A DNA stretch of 64,000 bases, taken from the NCBI GenBank assembly GCA_014376695.1, contig JACMRA010000002.1, positions 7,323 to 71,322 of the forward strand, given 5' to 3'. The translations under genes were made by a program, and so were the position numbers. Of the stretch, positions 29,481-38,831 are shown in pieces (within the stretch, counting starts at the first letter, position 1; each line of letters starts with the position of its first letter). The notes under the pieces were generated by a model. It was not told the origin of the DNA. It ran no database searches and saw nothing but the letters and a program-made list of their open reading frames with translations. The stretch comes from Minisyncoccota bacterium. Lineage in GTDB: Bacteria > Patescibacteriota > JACMRA01.

Positions 29481-30500
29481 TTAGAGTGATTCCAGCCAAT
29501 TCTGGGCGTCAATCGAAGCCCGACAGCCGTCGCCTGCAGCGGTAATTGCCTGTCTATAAGTCTTGTCTTGAATATCTCCTGCCAAGAATATCCCCTCAAT
29601 ATCTGACATTGTGTTAAATTTTGCCCAAGCGATATCCAATTGAGGATTCAAGGACAACTTGCCTGGCAAAAGATTTTGGCGATTGATAAGGTATCCAGCT
29701 TCATCAGTAGTGAGTTGCCCCGCGACTAGTTGAGAGTTGGGGATGTGGCCGATTGCCACGAATAATCCATCCACGGTTAGTTGGCTAAGAGATTGGTCGA
29801 TTTGGCTTTGGAGTTTAACCCCTGCAAACTTATTCGAGTCATTAATCACAAATTCTGTAACAGTATAGAATGGCATAAATTCAATTTTGGGATTGTTTTT
29901 AACTCGCTCTAACATGATTTTGGAGGCTTTATATTGGTCGGTGCGGTGAATTAGGTAGACTTTTGAGGCGAACTTGGTCAAAAAATTAGCCTCTTCCATA
30001 GCGCTGTCCCCACCGCCAACTACAGCCAAAATCTTGTCTTTATAAAAAAATCCATCACAAGTAGCGCAGGTATGATATCCTTTGCCGACCCATTTCATTT
30101 CGCCGTCAAGTCCTAGGTATCGACTGGTTGCACCCGTGGCAATTATCACCGCGTCGTATTCTTGAGTTGTATCACCTTGCAGGCTAAAAACCCGTTTGGT
30201 TCTGTTACTAGCCATTGTATCGCTCCAAGTAATTGTTTCAATGGCTTCATAAATCACCTTGGCACCAAAATGCTCGGCCTGGGCCTGAATATTATTCATT
30301 AGATCTGGACCCATTCGACCTTCTTTGTCCGTGGGGTCCCATGCTCCTGGAAAATTTTCAATTTCGGTTGTGGTTGTAAGTTGCCCACCAGGGGTGAAAC
30401 CTGTATAAATGGTTGTATCAATATCAGCTCGAGAACTATATAGCCCAGCAGTTAGCCCAGCAGGTCCGGCTCCAATTATAGCAATTCGGTGATTGGTCAT
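29481..30500 (-). CDS. trxB: Thioredoxin reductase
   Basis: 'IIGAGPAGLTA', 'GGQLTTTTEIENFPG', 'CATCDG', 'GGGDSA'; ATG at 30500. Confidence 0.95.
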   Translation of the reverse strand: MTNHRIAIIGAGPAGLTAGLYSSRADIDTTIYTGFTPGGQLTTTTEIENFPGAWDPTDKEGRMGPDLMNNIQAQAEHFGAKVIYEAIETITWSDTMASNRTKRVFSLQGDTTQEYDAVIIATGATSRYLGLDGEMKWVGKGYHTCATCDGFFYKDKILAVVGGGDSAMEEANFLTKFASKVYLIHRTDQYKASKIMLERVKNNPKIEFMPFYTVTEFVINDSNKFAGVKLQSQIDQSLSQLTVDGLFVAIGHIPNSQLVAGQLTTDEAGYLINRQNLLPGKLSLNPQLDIAWAKFNTMSDIEGIFLAGDIQDKTYRQAITAAGDGCRASIDAQNWLESL

Positions 30501-30553
30501 ATAATTTAAAGTAAGGTAGTAGGGTTTTTTTGTCAATTGGCTGGATTGGTCGT

Positions 30554-30582
30554 TTGACAGTAAGTCAGGCTTAAAATAGTAT
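30554..30582 (+). promoter_or_regulatory. Sigma70-type promoter TTGACA-17-TAGTAT for prfA
   Basis: Consensus -35 and 17-nt spacer, about 20 nt upstream of the ATG. Confidence 0.5.
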
Positions 30583-30603
30583 CTTAATATACACCAATTT
30601 ACT

Positions 30604-31665
30604 ATGTCCCAATTCCCAGTTAATAATATCATAGATCAATATCAAGAGGTCAATAATAAGCTTTTGACTACGAACGACCCAAAGACGCTGGCAACACTTG
30701 GTAAACAGTTAAAAAATCTGCAAGTCAAAAACGATCTAGCTCTCGAGATTCTGAAATTAGAGGGCGAAATTAGCGGCAACAAAGAGTTATTAAAAGACGA
30801 AAATGATACCGATTTAGTAGAGATGCTTCAAGATGATATTGACAATTCGACCCTCAGAATCAAAAGCTTAGAAGAGGATTTGCTGACATATTTGGCACCT
30901 AGCGATCCTCGAGATAGTGAAAATATTTTGCTTGAGATACGGGCTGGAGCTGGCGGAGACGAAAGCTCGCTTTTTGCGGGGGAGATACTTCGAAGCTATA
31001 ATATGATGGCTGGCGAATTAGGGTTTAATTTTCGGATTGTAGATTGTAATGTTGGGACAGTCGGCGGCTACAAAGAGGCGATTATTGAGGTTCGAGGCGA
31101 CGGGGCTTACAGCTGGTACAAGTACGAGGGCGGCGTTCATCGCGTGCAGAGAGTTCCGGCCACCGAAAAGCAGGGACGAGTGCACACTTCCACTATCAGT
31201 GTTGCCATAATGCCGCTGCTCGAAGACAACAGTGAGTTCAAGCTTGATTTGAGTGAGGTAGATATTATTGCTTCTACTTCCCAAGGCGCTGGCGGTCAAT
31301 CGGTCAATACGACATATTCGGCTATTCAAGCTACTCACAGACCAACTGGAATAAAAGCCCAGTGTCAAGACGAGCGAAATCAGCAACAAAACAAGGTCAA
31401 GGCACTTCAGATTTTGACTTCGCGGGTATTCGATCACTATGAACAAGAGCGTCTGGCCAAAGAGATTCAGGAACGGCGTGATCAGGTTGGTTCGGCTGAC
31501 CGTAGCGAAAAAATTCGTACTTATAATTTTCCTCAAGATCGAGTTACCGACCACCGCTATAATAACAATTGGAATCAGCTACCGCAAATTATGAATGGCG
31601 GAATTTACAAAGTAATCCAAGAAATCAAAAAATTGGAAGCGAAGAGGGTGATTGGGAATTTGTAG
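30604..31665 (+). CDS. prfA: Peptide chain release factor 1
   Basis: PxT motif 'QRVPAT', GGQ 'GAGGQSVN', 'RTYNFPQDRVTDHR'. Confidence 0.95.
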   Translation: MSQFPVNNIIDQYQEVNNKLLTTNDPKTLATLGKQLKNLQVKNDLALEILKLEGEISGNKELLKDENDTDLVEMLQDDIDNSTLRIKSLEEDLLTYLAPSDPRDSENILLEIRAGAGGDESSLFAGEILRSYNMMAGELGFNFRIVDCNVGTVGGYKEAIIEVRGDGAYSWYKYEGGVHRVQRVPATEKQGRVHTSTISVAIMPLLEDNSEFKLDLSEVDIIASTSQGAGGQSVNTTYSAIQATHRPTGIKAQCQDERNQQQNKVKALQILTSRVFDHYEQERLAKEIQERRDQVGSADRSEKIRTYNFPQDRVTDHRYNNNWNQLPQIMNGGIYKVIQEIKKLEAKRVIGNL

Positions 31666-31704
31666 TTTTTGAGCAGGGGGGTAGTTGATAAGTCCCACTT
31701 TTAC

Positions 31705-31733
31705 TTGACATAGCTATGATATGGTTGTAAATT
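31705..31733 (+). promoter_or_regulatory. Sigma70-type promoter TTGACA-17-TAAATT
   Basis: Upstream of the SDR gene. Confidence 0.5.
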
Positions 31734-31765
31734 GTATTATCGGGTCAAAATGAAATAATCTAAAT

Positions 31766-32581
31766 ATGAAAAAGACATCTTACTACACAATAATTACTGG
31801 GGCTAGCAGTGGAATTGGACTAGCTTTAGCTAATGAATTTGCCAAAAATGGGCACAATCTTATTTTGGTAGCTAGGCGAGAAGAATTGTTAAAGGAGATA
31901 TCAGCTCAAATTAGTCTCAAAAATAAAGTAAGCGTTGAATACATAGTGGCCGATTTGACTAAGCCTTCAGATATGGTTAATCTCCAATCCGAATTACAAA
32001 AAAAAGACTACAAAATAAATATTTTGGTTAATAATGCAGGTTTTGGATTAGTTGGTGAGTTCTCTGAATTGGAGTTAAAGGTCCAACAAGATATGATAGA
32101 TCTAAATATCAAAGCCTTGGTGGATCTTAGTTATTATTTCGCTAGGCAATTCAAAAATCAAGGTTTTGGGTGGATAATGAATGTTTCAAGCGTGGTTGGG
32201 TTTTTGCCTGGGCCTTATATGGCCGTATATTACGCTTCGAAGAATTTTGTGACTAGTTTTAGTTTGGCCCTTGCCCAAGAATTGAAACAATATAATATTG
32301 TAGTTACGAGCCTCTGCCCTGGTTATACCGATACAAAATTTCAGGAAACTTCAGGTATGGATAAGCTTTCGAAGTTCGGTAAAAGTAATTTTGTTGCTAC
32401 CACTGAGCAAGTTGCCCAGAGTGGTTACCAAGGATTAATCGAGCGGTCGGAGCTTATTACAATTCCAGGATTCGGTAACAAGCTTATGCTGTGGTTAATT
32501 AAATTTGTTCCGGTGCGGATTAAGCTTGCTCTAGTGGACTATCTCCAAAATTCCAAAACAGCAACCCCCAACTCTCACTAA
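31766..32581 (+). CDS. Short-chain dehydrogenase/reductase
   Basis: 'TGASSGIG', 'NNAGFG', YxxxK 'YYASK'. Confidence 0.92.
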   Translation: MKKTSYYTIITGASSGIGLALANEFAKNGHNLILVARREELLKEISAQISLKNKVSVEYIVADLTKPSDMVNLQSELQKKDYKINILVNNAGFGLVGEFSELELKVQQDMIDLNIKALVDLSYYFARQFKNQGFGWIMNVSSVVGFLPGPYMAVYYASKNFVTSFSLALAQELKQYNIVVTSLCPGYTDTKFQETSGMDKLSKFGKSNFVATTEQVAQSGYQGLIERSELITIPGFGNKLMLWLIKFVPVRIKLALVDYLQNSKTATPNSH

Positions 32582-32584
32582 TCG

Positions 32585-33100
32585 ATGACTACCAACCATT
32601 ATAGCCTTTGGCTGAATCAATTTGGTAAGACTATATACTTTGAGGTGTTAGTTGCCACAACCCTGATTGCCTTTCTTGGGTTGCAAATTGTTAATACTTA
32701 CAGTATCTGGAATCACGTAAAGTACTATGATAGTTACGTCAAACAACTCGACAACGCCAAACAAAAAACAAAATCGTTAATGTCTAAGGTTGATTATTTA
32801 AATAGTCCAGAATACAAAGACGAGGACATAAAAAACCAAGGTTATAAGTATCCCAGTGAGCAAGTTTGGGAATTAAATCAAAAAGAAGTCTCAAGGGTAT
32901 CAAAAAATCAATTAGATATGATTAAGTATCCTGTGCAAAGTAACTTTGGTAATTTTGATAGGTGGCTGATTTGTCTGAACTTGACTGATAGAAACTCGTT
33001 TTGGATTGAACTAGAAGCCAAAAAATTAAATCTTACAATAGATAATAATCAGAACAAACCACTTTTAAATGAGAGTAATTTATGCAAAAAAAGTAAATGA
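32585..33100 (+). CDS. FtsB/DivIC-like septum formation initiator
   Basis: TM plus coiled coil plus 'YLNSPEY......GYKYPSE'. Confidence 0.5.
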   Translation: MTTNHYSLWLNQFGKTIYFEVLVATTLIAFLGLQIVNTYSIWNHVKYYDSYVKQLDNAKQKTKSLMSKVDYLNSPEYKDEDIKNQGYKYPSEQVWELNQKEVSRVSKNQLDMIKYPVQSNFGNFDRWLICLNLTDRNSFWIELEAKKLNLTIDNNQNKPLLNESNLCKKSK

Positions 33101-33546
33101 CATCTTCTAGTAATTTTTTGAAAAACCTGGCAAAATCGAATCAGCCGTATTCAAAGTTTGGCAACCAAAGCGTTGTTAAAAAAGGGGTAAAGTTCGATTC
33201 TAAGCTCGAAAGTAGTTTTGACGATTTTATATTAGCCCATCCACAACTCAAATTAATTGAGCGCCAAGTAAAGATCAAATTATTAGATGCTCAGGATCAC
33301 CCGCTGACAGGCGAGAAGATACGAGCGATTTATTATATTGCAGATTTTTTGATTAAGTTTGATGATAGTTTTTTGCTAGTTGATTCAAAGGGCTTCGAAA
33401 CGGCAGATTTTGTTATCAAACACAAGTTAATGATCGAGAAATATCGCCTCGGGGAGTGTCCTATGCTAATCGTAGCCAAAACAACCAAAGAATTAGTAAG
33501 GCAATTAGAATTGACTCCAAAATTAAAAGCCAGCTCGGAAGTTTAG
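33097..33546 (+). CDS. DUF1064-like PD-(D/E)XK nuclease-fold protein
   Basis: 'KFGN....GVKFDSKLE', 'YIADF', 'VDSKG'. Confidence 0.7.
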   Translation: MTSSSNFLKNLAKSNQPYSKFGNQSVVKKGVKFDSKLESSFDDFILAHPQLKLIERQVKIKLLDAQDHPLTGEKIRAIYYIADFLIKFDDSFLLVDSKGFETADFVIKHKLMIEKYRLGECPMLIVAKTTKELVRQLELTPKLKASSEV

Positions 33547-33555
33547 CTCGGGGAT

Positions 33556-35583
33556 TTAGTTGATGATATGTTCAACTAGGGCGTTAAACTCCTCGTATTC
33601 TAGGACTTCTTTTTCTATTAGTTCGGTGGCAATAAGTTTGAGTTCGGCAGTATATTTGTTGATGATTTGCTTAGTTCTGACGTAGCTTGCATCTAGAATT
33701 TTGCGAATTTCCATATCGATTAATTTGGCGGAATCCTCGCTGTATTGCGGCTTGTTCATCATATCTCTACCCAAAAAGCTCATTCCACCTTGACCCTGAT
33801 CAAACGAAATTGGTCCAAGACTTGACATGCCATACTTGGTAACCATGTCACGAGCCATTTCAGTGGCTTTTTGCAGGTCATTACTTCCTCCGGTTGAGAC
33901 ATCTCCAAAAATTATTTCCTCAGTTACATACCCGCCGAATAAGGCGCATATTTCGGCTAAAAACTCTTTTCGACTCTTTGTCATGGCGTCGTTATCATTT
34001 TCGGCGCTGAAAGTGTACCCACCAGCTCGACCACGCGGGATAATTGTTATCTTTTGGACTTTACGAGCTTCGGGCAGAACTGTTTGAACCAAAGCGTGCC
34101 CAGCTTCGTGATAGGCGGTAAGCTTTTTTTGGCTGTCGGTGATTAGTTTGGACTTAAGACTTGAGCCAAGAAGACTTTTTTCGATAGCTTCTCTCAAGTG
34201 GAGGTTACTAATCTTGGTGGATTTTTCTCGCACCGCCATAATCGCCGCTTCGTTGAGTAAGTTCTGGAGGTCGGCTCCGCTAAAGCCCGCTGTTCGTTTG
34301 GCGATAATTGTCATATCAACATCACTCTCAAAAGGTTTGTTGCTAGAGTGTAGCTTAAGAATTGCTTCCCGTTCACGCTTGTCTGGGGCAGTTACCGTGA
34401 CTTGTCGGTCAAACCTTCCAGGTCGCAAAAGAGCAGGGTCGAGTACATCTGGTCGATTGGTGGCTCCAACTACAATAATGTAATCTAGTGGTTCAAAACC
34501 ATCCATTTCGACTAAGATTTGGTTCAAGGTCTGTTCCCGCTCGTCGTTTCCGCCGCCAAGTCCAGCGCCACGTTGTCGCCCAACGGCATCAATTTCGTCT
34601 ATAAAAATTAAGCATTTGCCTTTTTGTTTGGCTTGCTCGAATAGATTTCGCACGCGGCTAGCTCCGACACCAACAAACATCTCAACGAATTCCGATCCGG
34701 AAACATACATAAATGGGACTTGAGCTTCGCCCGCAATGGCCCTGGCCATAAGAGTTTTACCGTTACCGGGGGATCCGTTTAATAGAACACCTCGTGGAAT
34801 TTTTGCCCCCATTTTGGTGTAGTCTTCAGGTCGCTTGAGAAAGTCAACTATTTCGGCTAGCTCTTGTTTGGCCTCTTCGTTACCAGCGACATCAGCAAAA
34901 GTCACTTTTTTGGCACTGGCTTTATCGTAAAATTTACTCTTGGAGTCGCCGAAGGCAATTGATTTACCGTTGACTTCGCTTAGTTTTTTGAGGAGTATCG
35001 CCCCAATTAAAAGCGTTCCACCAAGTAAAATAAAGGTTTGAAAGGTTGGGCTGTTAAGAATTTTTTCCCAAATTGGGATTGGTTTAATATCAAAAATAAC
35101 TTCGCCCTCCTTGTTACCAATTTTGACTCCAGAGTCTTTGATATCATCTTTGAGAACCACATAAGCTGGGGTATTACTTCCTTGGGTGATTGCCAAATAG
35201 TTTTCTTTGGTTACACTTTCGCGATTTTTTTCGTTGTTCTTGTAGATTTCGGCTATCAAAACATCGCCAGTTTCAGTGGCTTGGATTTTGCTGACTTTAC
35301 CCTGTTTGACTATGCTGATTAGCTCTGAGTAAGGCTTTTTGTCGGTGACAGTGTCGCGGTCACTAAAAATTACCGCAAAGGCAACCGCACTCAAAACTAT
35401 CAAAGCCAAAATAACAAAGATCCCGCTTCTTGCACTTTGTTGGGGTTTTTTGCCTGATGATCTGTTTGAGCGATTCGAATTTTTTATGTCTACTGTTTTT
35501 TTTAGTTCAGTTTTTTTATTGGAATTCGGTTGATTATTACTAGAATCTGATTGCTCAGGAGTATTGGAAGCCAAAAAATGCAT
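33556..35583 (-). CDS. ftsH: ATP-dependent zinc metalloprotease FtsH
   Basis: Two TMs; 'GSPGNGKT', 'FIDEIDAVG', 'RPGRFDR', 'HEAGH'. Confidence 0.97.
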   Translation of the reverse strand: MHFLASNTPEQSDSSNNQPNSNKKTELKKTVDIKNSNRSNRSSGKKPQQSARSGIFVILALIVLSAVAFAVIFSDRDTVTDKKPYSELISIVKQGKVSKIQATETGDVLIAEIYKNNEKNRESVTKENYLAITQGSNTPAYVVLKDDIKDSGVKIGNKEGEVIFDIKPIPIWEKILNSPTFQTFILLGGTLLIGAILLKKLSEVNGKSIAFGDSKSKFYDKASAKKVTFADVAGNEEAKQELAEIVDFLKRPEDYTKMGAKIPRGVLLNGSPGNGKTLMARAIAGEAQVPFMYVSGSEFVEMFVGVGASRVRNLFEQAKQKGKCLIFIDEIDAVGRQRGAGLGGGNDEREQTLNQILVEMDGFEPLDYIIVVGATNRPDVLDPALLRPGRFDRQVTVTAPDKREREAILKLHSSNKPFESDVDMTIIAKRTAGFSGADLQNLLNEAAIMAVREKSTKISNLHLREAIEKSLLGSSLKSKLITDSQKKLTAYHEAGHALVQTVLPEARKVQKITIIPRGRAGGYTFSAENDNDAMTKSRKEFLAEICALFGGYVTEEIIFGDVSTGGSNDLQKATEMARDMVTKYGMSSLGPISFDQGQGGMSFLGRDMMNKPQYSEDSAKLIDMEIRKILDASYVRTKQIINKYTAELKLIATELIEKEVLEYEEFNALVEHIIN

Positions 35584-35838
35584 ATAATAGATAGCCGGTT
35601 TAATTATTTATTAGTGTTGGCGCTACTTAGGCCCGATAAGGCAAAGTTTCCTCTACTTAATTGATATAGACAAGGTAAATAGTTTATAATTCTTTGTCAA
35701 ATATATACCAAATATCCAAATAAAATTAGACAGTCGAAATACGTGCGCCGAAACGATTAGACAAAAATTAATTTTTTATTCTTGATTATAATAAATAACC
35801 AGTCTAACATTGTGTTAGAAACCTAAATAGAGAAAATT

Positions 35839-36519
35839 ATGCCTTTTGTGATTCAGTCAGGTTCAAAACAATATACAGTAACCCCAGGACAAAAATTTGT
35901 AGTAGATAGACTAAAGAATGACTTAGGAGAAGTTGTCGAACTTCCATTAGTCTACAGCTACGGAACAACAAAGGGAGCCACTTCCGTCCAAGCCAAAGTC
36001 GTACTCCACCAAAAAGGAAAGAAAATTCGAGTAGTTAAATACAAGAACAAAAATAACTATCATAAGCAATCAGGATATCGACACTATGAAACTATCTTAG
36101 AAATTCTCGGCGATAAAGAAGCGGTAGTCGCTCCAGCCAAAGTCAAAGCTGAGAAAATTGAGAAAGTTGCAAAAGATTCTGTTGAGGTAGTCGAGCCAGT
36201 TAAAGCTGTAAAAACAGCAGCAAAGACTGTAACTAAAGAAACCGTAAAGAAGTCCCCAGATAATTCCGATGATCTAAAGAAAATCGAGGGAATTGGAGCA
36301 AAAATTGAAGAAATCATAAAAGCTGCTGGGATAAATACCTATTCAGAACTAGCCGCAGCCAGTGAGGAAACTCTCAAAGAGATTCTTAGCGGCGCAGGTC
36401 CACGGTATTCTATTCATAATCCTTCATCTTGGCCTAATCAAGCATCTTTGGCTCGCGACGAGAAGTGGGACGAATTAGCAGCCCTTCAAAAAGAGCTTAA
36501 CGGCGGTAAAGTTGAATAA
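35839..36519 (+). CDS. rplU: 50S ribosomal protein bL21 with C-terminal HhH (DUF4332-like) extension
   Basis: 'VIQSGSKQY.V', 'KGKKIRVVKYK...GYRH'; then 'DDLKKIEGIG.KI'. Confidence 0.85.
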   Translation: MPFVIQSGSKQYTVTPGQKFVVDRLKNDLGEVVELPLVYSYGTTKGATSVQAKVVLHQKGKKIRVVKYKNKNNYHKQSGYRHYETILEILGDKEAVVAPAKVKAEKIEKVAKDSVEVVEPVKAVKTAAKTVTKETVKKSPDNSDDLKKIEGIGAKIEEIIKAAGINTYSELAAASEETLKEILSGAGPRYSIHNPSSWPNQASLARDEKWDELAALQKELNGGKVE

Positions 36520-36582
36520 TCTTGACGAAAGTTTGTAAATCATAGTTAGTAGTAGCGTTAAGCCATTAAACTCAAGAAAACT

Positions 36583-37110
36583 ATGTTCTCAAATAACAAC
36601 AAAAATCAGAAAAAAAATATTTTAATCACTGTAATTGCAGGAATTGTACTTATAACTATAATTGGAGTATCAATATATTCACAAAATCCGGCCAACAAAC
36701 CACCGAAACCAAGCAATAATATGACTTTAACAAAACTAACACTGCCAAGCGGCCTAATCGTAGAAGATCAAGAAGTAGGTACTGGAGAGGCCATAGTCAC
36801 TGGACAAGCGGCTACTTTTAATTATAATGGAACATTAGAAAACGGGACGGTCTTTGATTCGACTAACAAACCTGGGCGAACTCCGTTCACAGCTACAGTT
36901 GGTGTCGGGCAACTTATCAAAGGTTGGGATATCGGTATTGCTGGATCTACCCAAGAAAATATACCCCCAATGAAAGTCGGAGGTAAACGCAAGTTGACTA
37001 TTCCATATCAATTAGCTTACGGTGAAACTGGAACTCAGGGCATCCCGCCAAAATCCACACTTAAATTTGATATTGAATTACTTGCTTTGAAGCCAATGTC
37101 GCCAAAATAG
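36583..37110 (+). CDS. Membrane-anchored FKBP-type PPIase
   Basis: 'YNGTLENGTVFDS', 'LIKGWD', 'MKVGGKRKLTIP..LAYG'. Confidence 0.92.
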   Translation: MFSNNNKNQKKNILITVIAGIVLITIIGVSIYSQNPANKPPKPSNNMTLTKLTLPSGLIVEDQEVGTGEAIVTGQAATFNYNGTLENGTVFDSTNKPGRTPFTATVGVGQLIKGWDIGIAGSTQENIPPMKVGGKRKLTIPYQLAYGETGTQGIPPKSTLKFDIELLALKPMSPK

Positions 37111-37171
37111 TTTCTGGGATTGATTTCTAGGTAAGTTTATATCTATTAAAAGTCCATCCTGTGGATTTTTT

Positions 37172-37327
37172 TTATTTATCTAGATTGGATTTTATCTTCT
37201 TCCATTGCTCAACAAACTTTGGAACGTTTTTCTTTTTCTTTTTTTTGTTGATTTCTCTGAAGGTTGCAAAAGAACTAAAGCTAAACAATCCAACTAGCAC
37301 GGAAAGGATAATTATAAGTAAAGGCAT
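37172..37327 (-). CDS. Small membrane protein (51 aa, not in ORF track)
   Basis: Manual translation: MPLLIIILSVLVGLFSFSSFATFREINKKKKKKNVPKFVEQWKKIKSNLDK*; TM plus basic tail. Confidence 0.45.
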   Translation of the reverse strand: MPLLIIILSVLVGLFSFSSFATFREINKKKKKKNVPKFVEQWKKIKSNLDK

Positions 37328-37535
37328 AAATTTGTGGGTGTTATATTAATATAAACTATATTTAATAATTAATGTCAAAATAAGTCAAAAGTTACAAAGG
37401 ATTTGCCAAAAATTAAATTCTTTGATACAGAAATATAACAATTACGAAGTATTAATCCAATATTATTTAGATTGTTGGCTATTGCTTAATTATTTATTAT
37501 TGAAACAAGATCTATTATTGGAAACCCTATCAGCT

Positions 37536-38726
37536 ATGACAGTCCTTAACATCCGCCAAAACGAAATATATAGTGAAAACCTTACCTTTATTCAAGAATT
37601 GATTAATGGATCTCCTCAGTTATTAGATTTATCAGTTTTCCCTTTTGAACTTGGTCAAGTCCTAATGCAACTCCCCTCCCCAAAGCTTAAATTAGTCGCC
37701 AAAGAGCTTGCAGGAGCCACCGATCTCTACAAAAATCCCGAGCAATTACAGCAACTACTTAGTGAGTTAGAGCTTGAAAATGTCGAAAACTTAGCCAATG
37801 GAGAAGGCTTATATCAGGGACATTTAGAAACATTAACTAAGACAATCGCTGAAGAAGTAGATGGTCAAACCGAATTACTAAACCAATTAAACAATCTCAC
37901 TTTTTTCTATCGTTCCCTTGGCTACGCTCTATATAGTCAACTTAGCCATCAAGTAACGTTGGACGCTGCTTTGAAAAACTTTGGGATTATTACTTTTAAG
38001 ATTGGTCTACTTGGTTTTATAAACGCTCGACTCGGTAAAAATTTAGGTGATTATTACGTCAGAAAAACCTTTGATATCGCAATTGAATGGGCTAGTCAAA
38101 ATCAAATGACTTTGGTGCATAGATTTGGGGTCAAAGGCAGCATCCTTATTGTTGATAGAACTCTCGAAGGGCTGACAAAAGAGAGGAACCAAGCAATTGA
38201 AAAGTCGTTCAAAGATTATGTAGGTAGCAAAATAAAAGATCTAATGTCCGAAAAATTAGAAGAATATAATTTTGACTTTGAACCAATGATTGTCACAGGG
38301 ACAGCGACCATTCACACGGCCATAAGTAATCTAAAAATTAGCAAAACTAGCACGCGAAATAAAACTTATTTTGAAATCTCAAAAGTTATTGGGGATCTTT
38401 GCCATTTTTTGTGTGATGCTAGAATTGAAAAAGAAACCAAAAAAGTTCATTCAATTTGGCTGGAAAAAGGTGGCGATACATCTAAATTCCTAACAAAAGA
38501 GTCTGATAACAAAATTCTAAATGCTCAATTACCCAAATTTCTGGAGGGGAATCGCAAAAATAATATCTCTTTTCTTAATTATTTATACCAGCAGAGTATT
38601 TTTTTGAATGCTCAAATTGCCAATAGTACAGATGGGGAATTGACAAAATATTTTAAAGAACGGAAGGGTGAGGGTTTTATTCGCTCGGGAGTAATCTTGG
38701 CCGATCTTCAAAGGTTAAGAGGTTAA
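37536..38726 (+). CDS. Hypothetical protein with a degenerate GGDEF-like domain
   Basis: 'FKIGLLGFINARLGKNLGDYYV...HRFGVKG' resembles the D.D.FK.IND.YGH..GD...R.GGDEF pattern without the catalytic residues. Confidence 0.45.
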   Translation: MTVLNIRQNEIYSENLTFIQELINGSPQLLDLSVFPFELGQVLMQLPSPKLKLVAKELAGATDLYKNPEQLQQLLSELELENVENLANGEGLYQGHLETLTKTIAEEVDGQTELLNQLNNLTFFYRSLGYALYSQLSHQVTLDAALKNFGIITFKIGLLGFINARLGKNLGDYYVRKTFDIAIEWASQNQMTLVHRFGVKGSILIVDRTLEGLTKERNQAIEKSFKDYVGSKIKDLMSEKLEEYNFDFEPMIVTGTATIHTAISNLKISKTSTRNKTYFEISKVIGDLCHFLCDARIEKETKKVHSIWLEKGGDTSKFLTKESDNKILNAQLPKFLEGNRKNNISFLNYLYQQSIFLNAQIANSTDGELTKYFKERKGEGFIRSGVILADLQRLRG

Positions 38727-38831
38727 TATGTCAAAAAACTGCCTAAAATAGCTTGACTTAATCTCAAAACTTAATTAGAACTCTTTCAGTCCTTGTGCGC
38801 ATAGCTATTTCTAATTACCAGCTACTTTTTT

